From: Octopus vulgaris
Lineage: Eukaryota
Direction of reading: 5' to 3'
DNA: 64,000 bases
Assembly: GCA_951406725.2 (NCBI GenBank)
Contig: OX597820.1
Location: 43,958,001 to 44,022,000, forward strand
The notes beneath the pieces were generated by a model. The model worked only from the letters and a program-made list of their open reading frames with translations, was not told the DNA's origin and searched no databases. The translations under genes and the position numbers were made by a program. Shown here in pieces: positions 41,355 through 53,631 of this stretch (positions within the stretch are counted from its first letter, which is position 1; every line of letters starts with the position of its first letter).

Positions 41355-41583
41355 TTTTTATTACCCACAAGTGACTAAACATAGAGGGGACAAACAAGGA
41401 CAGGCAAACGGATTGAGACGATTACATCGACCCCAGTGCGTAACTGGTACTTACTTTATCGACCCCGAAAGGATGAAAAGCAAAGTCGACCTCGGCGGAA
41501 TTTGAACTCAGAACGTAACGACAGACGAAATACGGCTATATAGTTCGCCCGGCGTGTTAACGATTCTGCCAGCTCGCCGCCTT
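41355..41583 (-). mobile_element. SINE family C monomer
   Basis: Colinear with the units at 26189-26606. Confidence 0.85.
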
Positions 41584-42274
41584 GATTATAGTTGCTCTCA
41601 CCTTAATAGATAGTTGCTTACTGTCTATTGTGCATTTTCCTATATGCGAGATTTAAAAAATCTTATTTATGAGTTGGGTGCGATGGCGGATTCTGTAGAG
41701 CATCTTAATATCTATAATCCATTCTGAAATATTAGTGTCTTTTGTATTACTCATTGACTGCTGGCGGTCACTACTTCGCTTCTCAGTTGAACAATGTGCA
41801 TTGGAAGTGCTGTTGTATTTTCCAGTTGGTGACATCGAAACAAAGGACTTTGCTGGTGTATGCAACCCTGTAAGCCTATTCTTCTTCTTTGATGTTTTGA
41901 GATGAAAGAAATTGGCCAACATGCAATGCCTTTCTTAAGGAATCTCTCCTTTCAAGGGTATGTTCTATGTTTGGTAAATCCATGTCAGCCCTTTTCCCTC
42001 TGCGTTTGGTTGCAATATTTGTCTTCGTAGATCTTCACAGAAGTGGACATTGTCCATTCTACTGTAACTCACTTTCATGCTGCTTAAGTGGATTAGCTTC
42101 TGGATATTAAGACACCTTGGAAAGGGTGTTTTGATTGTGGGGAGGCAGGTCTTTTATAATACAACTTTGGGACAAATGTTGTATGGAGAGTTATACGACA
42201 TAAAATTTCTGTTCCTAATCTTCTGCAATGCTTTATGATGTTTGTATACGCTTTACACTTCCTTAGTGTGTGTA

Positions 42275-42332
<58 letters not shown>

Positions 42333-42429
42333 TGTATGTATGTATGTATGTGTGTATGTGTGTGTGTATGTATGTATGTATGTATGTATGTATGTATGTA
42401 TGCATATGTTATATTTATTAACTTGTTAT

Positions 42430-42463
<34 letters not shown>

Positions 42464-42813
42464 ACCTTCTCACCTGCATTGCTTAAGTGATTTTTAAAAG
42501 TATTTATATCATATACATGCTAGAGTGCTTAAAACAAATTACTATATATATGTGTGTGTGTGTGTTTAAAAGTGTGTGGGTGGGGATATGCAGGTATGTA
42601 TATATTTATGCATATATATGCGTGTGTGTATGCATGTGTGTGTGTATATATATATGTATGTATATATATTTGTATACATTCTTTTCATATTTTATAAGCC
42701 TGATCCTTATTCTATCGGTCTCTTCTGCCAAACCGCTAGTTTAAGGAGACCAACACAGGCACAAAGACATATACACACACATACACACATCCACTCATAT
42801 ATATATATATATA

Positions 42814-42958
42814 TACGACGGGCTTCTTTTAGTTTCCTTCTCCTAAATCCTCTCACAAGGCTAGGTTCTACCCGAGGATATAGCAGAAGACACTTGCGCA
42901 GCGGGACCGAACCCAGAACCATGTGGTTGGGAAGCATGCTTCTTACCACATAGCCACA
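42814..42958 (-). mobile_element. SINE family A, 5' half
   Basis: Reverse complement of the family A head. Confidence 0.8.
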
Positions 42959-42969
42959 GAATCAATATT

Positions 42970-43137
<168 letters not shown>

Positions 43138-43148
43138 GTAGATAGATA

Positions 43149-44155
43149 TGTTTCTTTATTAGCCACACAGGGCTGCACACAGATAGAACAAATTACAAGG
43201 TAGAGCTTTTCTTTTGAAGGTTAAAAAAAAAAAAAAAAAAAAAAAAAAGGAAAGGGGGAGTTTCGATCAAAAGGGATCGTAAAAGGAGAGAAAGAGGACA
43301 AAAAAAGGGGGTTAAAAAAAAGGGGGGGAAAAAAAAAAAAAAAAAAATTGATCAATAGGGATCGTTATCACAGAAATGTCAATATGAAGTGTAAAGGGGA
43401 GGACAGGTGAGGTTTACCCGTGGAAAGAAAAGCCTACGGAAAAGACCACGGTAACCTCGGTCAATGGAAGTCACATTTTATATTTCTTTTTTTTTTTTTT
43501 TTTTTTTTGCAAATAAGCAACTCTCTGTTTTCGATTTCTGGGTTCATAGGACTATGCTCAAGGTGGCTTCGTCATTCATACGTGCCATTCTTGCTACATT
43601 CACCCATCTTTTTTTAAAACATTCGCTAGACAAAACTTGCCTCTCTACTCTCACTTTCCTTTTCAAGTGGTACTTGAAGAAGTTGATGAGAGATTGACCA
43701 GAGAGGAAAGTGTTTGTCTCCAATCCTTTCAGACGCGTCCACCAGATACATTCTTTCGCCATAGCCACAAGGATGATGAAAATAGCTCTTCCTTCCCGTT
43801 TGAAGGAAGGAGGCGTGACAATATTGACGATAGACTCAGCTGATAAACCGACTCGTCCCACACGTGACAGCAGTTGTTCGACATAAGCCCACAGGTCGGA
43901 AATTGTTGGACACTGAACGAGTGCGTGCAGAACGGTTTCGTCGCTCTGACCGCATCTCGGGCAGGTCGGCCCCGTGTTTCTCGAGCCGTGTCTGTAGAGC
44001 TTATCCCGAACGGGTAGCGCTTCTCGGTAGCACTGCCAGGCCAGGGATCTCTGGAAGTTGTCCATGGGCCCTGGCCCGAAAGTCGTCCTGAACAGGCGGG
44101 TCAGGTACTCCTCGTCGACGTCCAGGTTCGCCCCGAGCTCGTCGTCGTACCTCCC
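43149..44155 (-). mobile_element. 5'-truncated L1/Tx1-clade LINE: open ORF2 C-terminus (44155-43544) plus 3'UTR, inside a (GATA)n array
   Basis: An uninterrupted ~203-codon frame with the zf-RVT-type motif AWQCYREALPVRDKL...CPRCGQSDETVLHALVQC and AKECIWWTR. The 3' end ctaataaagaaaca runs directly into (TATC)n. Confidence 0.9.
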
Positions 44156-44248
<93 letters not shown>

Positions 44249-44564
44249 GGATACATTAATATGTTTGTGTAATATATATATATATATCAGAGAGAGAGAC
44301 AGAGAGATATACATTCACACACACACATACACACATACACACATACACACGCATATGTGTGTGTATACATGTACGTCTTCATAGTAGTGTGTTTGTATGT
44401 TAGGGAGTGTTACGTTCGGCCGTAGTACATGCGTCCGCGTATGTGAGTGGATCTAACGAGTCAGTAGCCAAGGGTCTGTAGCGGCAGATTGTCGCAGTTA
44501 GTAGCATGTTGGGTCAGGAATCTGAGTGATGCGTTTATGTGTGCGTGAGTGCGTGTGTATTACT

Positions 44565-44814
44565 GGTGCTATGTCTTTTCGTCCGACGTCACTTCATCAG
44601 ACGTCTTTTCGTACGACGTCTTTTTGTCCAACGACAAAGCCTATCAATACAATTTTCAATTATTATTTGATTTTAATGTTCACTTTGTTTTCTAAGGGGT
44701 TTATTTAAAATTAGACAAAAAGTTTATTTAAAATTAGACAAAAAGTTTATGAACAAAAAGACGTCGGACAAAGTGACATTGGACAAAGTGAAATTGGACG
44801 AAAAGTCGGGACTC
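44565..44814. mobile_element. MITE-like element with TIRs built from 15-bp repeat units
   Basis: Left gtcttttcgtccgac/gtcacttcatcagac/gtcttttcgtacgac mirrors right gtcggacaaagtgac/attggacaaagtgaa/attggacgaaaagtc. Internal 23-bp tandem duplication. Confidence 0.65.
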
Positions 44815-44819
44815 GTTAG

Positions 44820-44890
<71 letters not shown>

Positions 44891-45179
44891 GTGTGTGTGT
44901 CTGTTTGTGTATGCGTGCGTGTGTGTGTGTTTGTGTATGCGTGCGTGTGTGTGTGTTTGTGTTTGTGTGTGTGTGTGCATACGTGTTTGATTGAACGTGA
45001 GTGTACAGATGTGTGTGTGCGTGTATGTTTCGGTGTATGTGCGTAGCTTTTTGTTCGTAGTTATGATTATATGCAAACGTGTGTGTTTCTCTGTGTACGT
45101 TTGTGTGTGCGTGTGTTTGCAGTAAATATGTATGTTATTTGTACGTATAGGTGTGTGTAACTTACGTGTATAAGTGTGC

Positions 45180-45740
45180 AAAGGGTAGGTAAAGGGGAAA
45201 AAAGGCGAAAAGTAGAGAAAAAATGGAGGGGAAGAGAAAGGAGAGGAGACAGAAGTAGGAAGGAAGAGAGAAGGAAAAAGAGGAAATGAACATGAAACTG
45301 GTGGGAAAGGTAGAAGTTGGGAGCGATTACAAGAAATAGGGCGTTACGTTGAGTCCAAAAGTTGCATAAGTCCGTAGTAAGAAGATGTATTGATGTTCCT
45401 TTCAAACTCTGTGCATGGCAGCTCCATGGTGTAACGCCAAGAGGAGCACTCTAAGCTGTTGGGTGGAGTGGTTAACCGAGCAAAAATTGCGATCAACAGG
45501 AGTATATTTCTGGACGTGCGGATATCAGGATACTTGTGCGTCCAATGTACAAGGACCCGCAAAGAGTACATTTTAAAGCAATATATGACATTAGATAATG
45601 TGAATTATGTGATGTGAACTATGTGAAGTGATGTGAAGCATGCGTTCGTTGGTTCCTGCGAGGGAGGTAGTGTTGGTGATAAACGGACCAGTGCGGCAAC
45701 AAGGCCTGAAACAAGATGGCATTTTGTATAATACTCTGGC
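45180..45740 (-). mobile_element. Penelope-like element 3' fragment (GIY-YIG endonuclease remnant)
   Basis: Across one frameshift the minus strand reads SNVIYCFK/CTLCGSLYIGRT, preceded by a Cys-rich CFRPCCRTGPFI linker and followed by FGLN. Confidence 0.75.
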
Positions 45741-48058
45741 TGCTCTTAGTGCAAATCTTGCGCTCAATTGGCAAAATTTTACGAATTTGATAGGCAAAAC
45801 AGTGCCTTCTGCTCTATTACTTACTCAACGGTTCAGTCTCTATTATTTCGATTTAAGATGTGACTGTGAATTGTATGTATTCTCTTTGTGCGTCTTCTAA
45901 TAATTTATCTTCGATTGCTGTAGCTATTATCAGAATCCAACGTATTTCATGAGAAGGCTTGAATTTTTATAATCGTTTTACTGAGCTTAAATGATAAATA
46001 CATGGTTATCTCAATTTTATCTCTTCTGCCTAAAACTCTCATCCATAATGTTTGAAATCTACTTCAGCATTTTAATAACATTTTTTTAACAATTTTAATG
46101 ACGTCATACACCCATGCTATCCTATTAATAAAAAAGAAACATTGTGATAGAGTGTTCTATACGAGAAAATGACTTTAAAATTGTTAAATCCATTTATTAA
46201 AAAAATATCTAAATTTACGTTAATGAAGAAATGGAAAAGCTTATTTATTACTTAAATATCTTGGGGAAAAAATTATGAACCGTACTTCATAATTCTTATT
46301 CTAATGGCGTAATTCATACGCAGTTCGTATCTTAATTGCAATATTCTCTAAGCCTATCTCAAATAAAAAGAAATCGAAACATATCGAAATCTATATATTT
46401 GCATGTAGGTACTTGCATACGTATATTACATACAAATGCATATAGATATACGCAAAAAACTCGACGGAACAATAAACTACACGATAGCAGAAGAAAAAGT
46501 AAAGACAAGATACATCATCAAAAATATTATTATATATAAAATAGTTTGCCATGTATCATACTTAAAGTATGTATATAATTGACAAGCAATGTAAGTCTAT
46601 TACAAATGAGATCCCGAGATACCATCTGTTGGAGATGTACTGTGTTTAAATTATTATATATCGGAGATGAAAGTCATCTCATCTGCGACTAATGAGATCA
46701 CCGGATGTATTTCGGTCTAGTTAAGCCTTATCAGTGGCGTGTACTCATAACCAACCTCATACCTAGACGATATTTATGAATTCACCATTCCTCTACTTGT
46801 AACACTCGAAATACGTAATGTATTCGTCTATTTAAAAACAAAAATATGATATTTTTTATAACATCAGAAACATTTGTACAAAACAGACGAAAGATGCTTA
46901 TTGTTGACGAAGTTTTAGTGCTTATAGATAACTGAACGTGATTACTTACACTGTATAACTATCTTTCCTTATCGAGTTTGCTGCATCCATCAAGAACGTA
47001 ATAAACGCAATTCATTTCCAGATGAATGGACTAGAGTAAAATAAAGAAAAATGCCTTACACAAGAACACAATATGCTGTTTGGTCCAAGAACCGAAACCA
47101 CGTCATTGTGACGACTAGGCTATGCAACTTCACCACATTTTTGCAGTATAGATCAAATTTATTTTGAAGTATACGATTTTAGAAAGTTGGTTGATGAAAA
47201 CCCCTTAATGAATGATAATGAAGTGTATGCATGAATTCACCAATACCGATTCTTAGTTAAAATTAGCAAACGGCTGTAATGTTCTGCTAGGTTTCTCCGA
47301 AATAAAAAAGGCCACAGAAATTAATGCAAGGGACATGAGTGCCATAATGGACCGAGCAATTTTACAATTGTTAAGATTATCATCCTTTAAACATCATATG
47401 CTTCGGCAGTGAAGTAGTGAGATGTCTACCTGAAGGTTTGAATGTACAGGTGTTGCTACAATTTTTGCTTAAAAACCAAAGACTAGTAGACTAATATATA
47501 CGTGCATGTGTTTATATATGTGTATCTGTCTATATGTACATAAACACGTATGTTATGTAAATACATGCAGAGAAGCGATTATACATTTTTACATGTCATA
47601 GAAATAGTGGTATTTAAAAGTTATATATTCATTTCTAATTTTGGCATGTGATAAAAAAATTTTAAGGAAGGGTACAATCTATGAATTGTCTAATATATTA
47701 CCTTATCGACCGCGCAAAGATGAAAGACAATACGAATCCCAGCAGGATTTCAATACTAAAAACAATGACACATAATGAAATATTATGATATCGTTCCTTT
47801 AATTATCGGCCTTAAGGATATGTTTTATAACAAACCAGCAACGGATCCTCAACGCGGTCATTCTAACTGCTAGATAATGCAACCACACACCCCTCCAGCT
47901 ACTTCTTCCTGTCTTTAAAAAGAAAGGACACATACTTTTATACAAAAAGGCGAAACTGTCAAGTCTGAAGAAAAATACGTCTTCATTCTCGTTTTTTACT
48001 GTCTCCTCTGATTTATATTTATCACAGTTACTCAGCATCCGTGTTCTTGGACCCCGCC

Positions 48059-48091
<33 letters not shown>

Positions 48092-48401
48092 ACTCTCTCT
48101 CTCTCTCTATTTATCTATCTATCTTTATCTCTTACAATGTTTCGTCCTATATGTCTCCATATGTCTCTGTAGTTCATTAGTTCTCTTTTTGTATTTCTAC
48201 GTTGTCAAACATTTGCATTCGTATATGCTTGTTTTTTTTATAAACTTTTGTATTGTTGAGTCTATTACCACTCAGCCTTCTCTTTCACTTTAGACACACT
48301 TAACTATACATTCTATAAGTACCCATATATTCATTATCCTTCTATTCTACCTATCTATCTACATGGATATATATGTGTGTATACCTGTATGTACATAATT
48401 C

Positions 48402-48445
<44 letters not shown>

Positions 48446-48505
48446 ATTTTTATTTATTTATGTATCTATCTAGAAAACATAGGCGTATTTTATAGATATA
48501 TAGAC

Positions 48506-48594
<89 letters not shown>

Positions 48595-49776
48595 TTACAC
48601 CAGGTTATCTTGCTATGATTGTATCTCACCATCTTTAAATCTATCTATTCATCTTTATTTCTTTCTATCCATCTGTCTATCTTCAATCAACCTTATATTG
48701 ATGTAAAAAAAAATATCAGCGCCCGTACAGTTTCAGGACGATATACATCTCGCAAGATGGCCTCCACCACTACCGACAAATGCCTGCTGTCCGTAATTAT
48801 TGTTCAAGTATGTGCTAAGTGGCTAACCAGCTGTTTTTCTTCTATGACCAACTACATATTACTTCCGCAGCACGCCGTCTCTTTATCTAACGTCTTTGTT
48901 TGTACATCTTCATTCTTGTCGCTTTATTCAGTTTAGATTACATTGGTAACGGCTAGCATAGGAGCAGCGAGTGTCTTTTCTTTCGCTTGTTCTGTTGCCC
49001 GGATCACTGTTCTTTCGAAATTTCTCCTTTTCTTGTGTCGTCCGACCGGTTATTCGCTTTTATTTTCAATGAGAAATGCCAAGACCTATTTCCCATTTTT
49101 CAGCCTCGGAATATCTTGTGCATTTTCAAGATGTATAACCACTCAGAAAAACAATTGTCATTTTTGAACGCTTTTCAAGAGGACTACTTCTCCACGTATA
49201 TACACATTAATAATAACAGACTGACGAAAGAACATCTAGAAAATAAACACAAATTTTAACATACAAACACACAACCACATACACAGAGAAACATTTCTCA
49301 TATAATACAGGCGTATACAGGCATATAGACACATACTCACGCAAACAGACATTTTCCAAACGAGACAAGAAAGTTTTATTAGGATTCCCATGTTTGTCTA
49401 CGTATTTTATCATTTCTTTTTTCTTTTTTTTTTCTTTTTCATACGGAATTTGTTTATGTGATATTGTTTATTTCTCCATTTAACTAGTTTTCTGTTTTGT
49501 CCCGGGATTCATTTTTATATTTCGAGTGCTGGCATCAACAGTATTGAGTGTGTTTAAAAGGTATCCCCCGTTTAAAATATTACTATAATTACATGCGTTT
49601 ACATAAGAGAAGCCAAACAATATATGCAACGTACAACCAGGTTTTAAAGGGAGACAAGCAGCAATAGAACTACAGTCGTATAGTCAAATAACCACTTAAA
49701 AGCATGTCACAGATCATATCTATCCAACTGATTCCTTTCACTTTCTCTTTACCATTTCTTTTAAATTAACATTATC

Positions 49777-49856
<80 letters not shown>

Positions 49857-50610
49857 CATTATTATTAAACTCATGCAAACACATAACATACATATTTAAT
49901 ACATACACTTTTTTTTCTTTGCTAATGTTGTTGTATAACCCCATGTCAGTACCAAACAAAACCAATTAACTGTTTATAAATGACGTGTCAACAATGTCTA
50001 TCTCATTTGTTCCCAAGCGTAGCGTATCGCTAGAAGCAAATTATCCAATGTATTAGTAATTTCTTTTTTGGTTTTTTGGAGCGGGGTTCCAGTGGTAGAG
50101 TATGACTTGAGGCAGGTATGGCTGCTACATTTAGCAGATTGTCAGACCATAGGAAAATTCCCTCACTGAATGTCTTTCTCTAGCTTCGATGTTGTTCTTG
50201 TCGGCGACAACGGAGGCGCCGTTGCTGTGTCGTCACCGTTGTTATTTTTGGTATTTGCGATGGTGGGGGAACAAACACAGACACGAACACACACACACAC
50301 ACATACATACACACACATACACACACGCACACACACACACGCATATTATGACGGGCTTCTTTCAGTTTCCGTCTACTAAATCTTACAAGGCTTTAGTCGG
50401 CCCGAGGCTATAGTAGAAGATACTTACCCAAGTTGCCACTCATATGTAAATTAGTGAATGTATATAAACACATACATATATACACGCATACGTACCATAC
50501 GTACATACCTATATTCACATATAAAGATCACTAAATCAAAAGCAACGGCCCTTGTTTTCAAAACACCATTTAGTGATATCCTGAAAATATTATCATTATT
50601 ATTATTATCT

Positions 50611-50839
50611 GTTTCTTTATTACCCACAAGGGCTGAACATAGAGGGGACAAACAAGGACAGACTAACGGATTGAGTCGATTACATCGACCCCAGTACGTA
50701 ACTGGTACTTAATTTATCGACCCTGAAAGGATGAAAGGCAAAGTCGACTTCGGCGGGATTTGAACTCAGAACGTAACGGCAGACGAAATACTGCTAAGCA
50801 TTTCGCCCGGCGTGCTAACGTTTCTGCCAGCTCGCCGCC
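50611..50839 (-). mobile_element. SINE family C monomer
   Basis: Colinear with the other family C copies. Confidence 0.85.
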
Positions 50840-50871
50840 TGTTATCATTATTATTATTATCATCATTATTA

Positions 50872-51637
50872 TTTGATGGAAACTCCCAGCTTATTTTAAT
50901 GGGTATGATGGAAAATGTCAGCTGCTCACATCCGGAAAACTAAGATAACACTTGATTACTGATCATGCGTCAAGAAACGTGCGGAAAACTCTTGCAGTTC
51001 CAAGCAATGATGATTTTTGTAGGTGTTCTATCTTTACATTTGTACCAATCTTTTTAAACCATATTGGTAGTTGTGTGCTGATACTTCCAAGCGCACCAAT
51101 TACTATTGGTATTACGTCAACCTGCGTATTTCCCATTTAAATCGTCATAGTTTTTCACTTCTTTCTCATTGATCCTGTTGTCACCAGGACATGCTATATC
51201 GATTATCATGTATGTATTTTTTTTCTTTATTGTTCACAGCAACATCAGGTTCCCGATGTCTGATCTGATGGTCATACTTGATCATTACATCCCACAGGAT
51301 TTTGCAATTTTCATTGTATCCTACAGGATGTTGTTGTGCTTTCTATTATATTGCTATTTTGGTTTGTCTCAGGTTTGGTCTTATTCCTGGTAGAGATTAT
51401 GTTGATAGTGTGTTACTACCTGTAACCTTAGGTATTCACAAGTTTTCTGCAGTCTTTCAAATGCTTCGGACATTCCTGATAACTCTTGCTGTCCGTAAGA
51501 GACAAATTTTCTGTGGGAACTCTACCAGTCATTCTATTTCAATCTCCCTCAGCCATTTGTCCATATCTTGGCTTACAGTTCCCAGCACACCAATTATTAT
51601 AGGCACAGCATTTACTGTTCGCATGCTCCAAATTCTT
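50872..51637 (-). mobile_element. Two 3' fragments of REL-endonuclease LINEs (R4/Dong-like)
   Basis: Minus strand gives LQKSSLLGTARV and PIVIGALGS (50990-51110), PDVAV-like residues near 51240, and a second fragment with VPIIIGVLGTV and QKICLLRTARV (51480-51610). (TTA)n flanks. Confidence 0.75.
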
Positions 51638-51858
51638 ATTATTATTATTGTTGTTATTGTTGTTGTTGTTGTTGTTGTTGTTGTTATACTTTTTAAAATC
51701 CGTCGAGGTCATCTTTGCCTTTCATCCTTTCGATGTCGATTAATTAGATACCAATGAAACACTAGGGTCAATGTAATCGACTAGTTCCCCTCCCCCAAAT
51801 TCCAGGCGTTGTGACATAGTAGAAAGGATTATTGTTATTGTTATTATTATTATTTATT

Positions 51859-51899
<41 letters not shown>

Positions 51900-51910
51900 T
51901 ATTATTATTA

Positions 51911-51971
<61 letters not shown>

Positions 51972-51983
51972 CATTATTGCTAT

Positions 51984-53631
51984 TATTCCCCACGGAATGC
52001 ATAAGAAGTGTTTTCAAACGCTTCAGGTTGGTCCTGCTAAAAACATTAATTTACACCGGTTTGTTGCTTATTTGCATTATATATTGCATTCCAAGTTGTC
52101 AACAGAAACACCAAGAACCTGTTACTGGTTTTCTACGGTTGTTTATCTCCTCTAGAGGCTATACTCGGCCCGCCAAATAAGTTCGGTGGGCGTTTAATTA
52201 AATTTAATTTAGCCAAACGTAACTCAACCAGGTGGCAGAGCGTGTATTGAAAGAGTAGAGAAAAAAGAAAGCAACCCTTCCCATGAATCTGGTGACTGCT
52301 GAAGATTTCCCTCTCCTTCCTTCCGTAACTGTCAAAAATACAGGAGAAGGAGAAGAGAAAAGCGAGTGTGACAGTACAAAGTCTAACTCGTAGTAATAGA
52401 AGTAGTAGCAGTAACAGCAACAGTGATTGCAGTGACAACAACAGAAGCAGCAAGAGTGACAGCATCAGAAGCAGTAGTTTTTTGGGGGGAAGCACTCCGT
52501 CGGTTACGACGATGAAGGTTCCGGTTGATCCGAATCAACGGAACAGCCTGCTCGTGAAATTAACGTGTAAGTGGCTGAGCACCCCACAGACACGTGTACC
52601 CTTAACGTAGTTCTCGGGGATATTCAGCGTTACACAGAGAGTGACAAGGCCGGCCCTTTGAAATACAGGTACAACAGAAACAGGAAGTAAGAGTGAGAGA
52701 AAGTTGTGGTGAAAGAGTACAGCAGGGATCACCACCATCCCCTGCCAGAGCCTCGTGGAGCTTTAGGTGTTTTCGCTCAATAAACACTCACAACGCCCGG
52801 TCTGGGAATCGAAACCGCGATCCTACGACCGCGAGTCCGCTGCCCTAACCACTGAGCCATTGCGCCTCTACAGAAGCAGTAGTAGTAGTAGCAGCAATAA
52901 CGAAAGAGATAGTAACTGCAGTGGTAGTAGCGATAGCAAAAGTGACAACAGCAACTACAACAAAACCTATAGCAACATCGACAAGAACAACAACGTCAAC
53001 AATGGCAGCAGCAACAAGATCAGCAACTACAACAACAAGAATGAGAACATTACCAACAATATAAGCATGTTTGCACCAGCAGCAGCAAAAAAGTTACTCA
53101 TAAATAGGGACGAAATGCTAACGCAGGCATGGAAACAAATTAAACAAGAAAAGACAAGGACCAATCTAACTGTTCCATCAGAGGCAATTAAAGTGGGGAG
53201 AGAAGAACAGTGCTTTTCAGATGCATAGCAGCAGAGACAAAAAGAGCGGCTTTGATAGCCCAAATAGATATTAAGGCGATGCTGAGGTGCATCAGAAATG
53301 ACATCGAATATATAGCGAGAGGCAAACAACACGGCACCATTTCGGTGGTGTTTAAGTCAGAAGCCCTCGCTATGAAACTTTCAATGACCCCTTGCAAAAC
53401 CAGCAAATCATTATGTACCCCTCCCACATGGGGAAACCTACAGCACGTGTCCGAATTCCTAAGATCCCAACAAATTAAACAACACCAACACAAAACACCC
53501 AGCTTCGTACTTATCAGAAGGACAACGAGGAACTGACTGCCCTCGTAACACAAGACATTGAATTTGAAACAGGGGGAGTGATGTTAGAATCGAACACATT
53601 TCGCGTATCAGAACATTTACTCTTGGTGCGA
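51984..53631 (+). mobile_element. Left arm of fold-back: 5'UTR + decayed ORF1 of an L1/Tx1-like LINE, with an internal deletion
   Basis: Reverse-complement similarity to 53787-55916. MLTQAWKQIKQEK and IEYIARGKQHGTISVVFKSEALA match the right-arm ORF 54813-55514. Confidence 0.7.
52479..52870 (-). mobile_element. SINE family B, complete, 13-bp TSD, nested in the left arm
   Basis: Reverse complement of 34528-34920. TSD cagaagcagtagt at 52466-52478 and 52871-52883. Confidence 0.9.

Noticed and set aside
41650-42230. Possible decayed LINE coding fragment
   Set aside because: No diagnostic RT or endonuclease motif could be read.
43544-44314. 256-aa ORF with an ATG start
   Set aside because: The first ~53 codons come from flanking microsatellite read in frame by chance. 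The rest is a truncated LINE ORF2.
48700-49230. Possible further decayed Tx1-type ORF1 on the minus strand
   Set aside because: Resemblance to the 29.4-kb ORF1 is too weak to support by eye.
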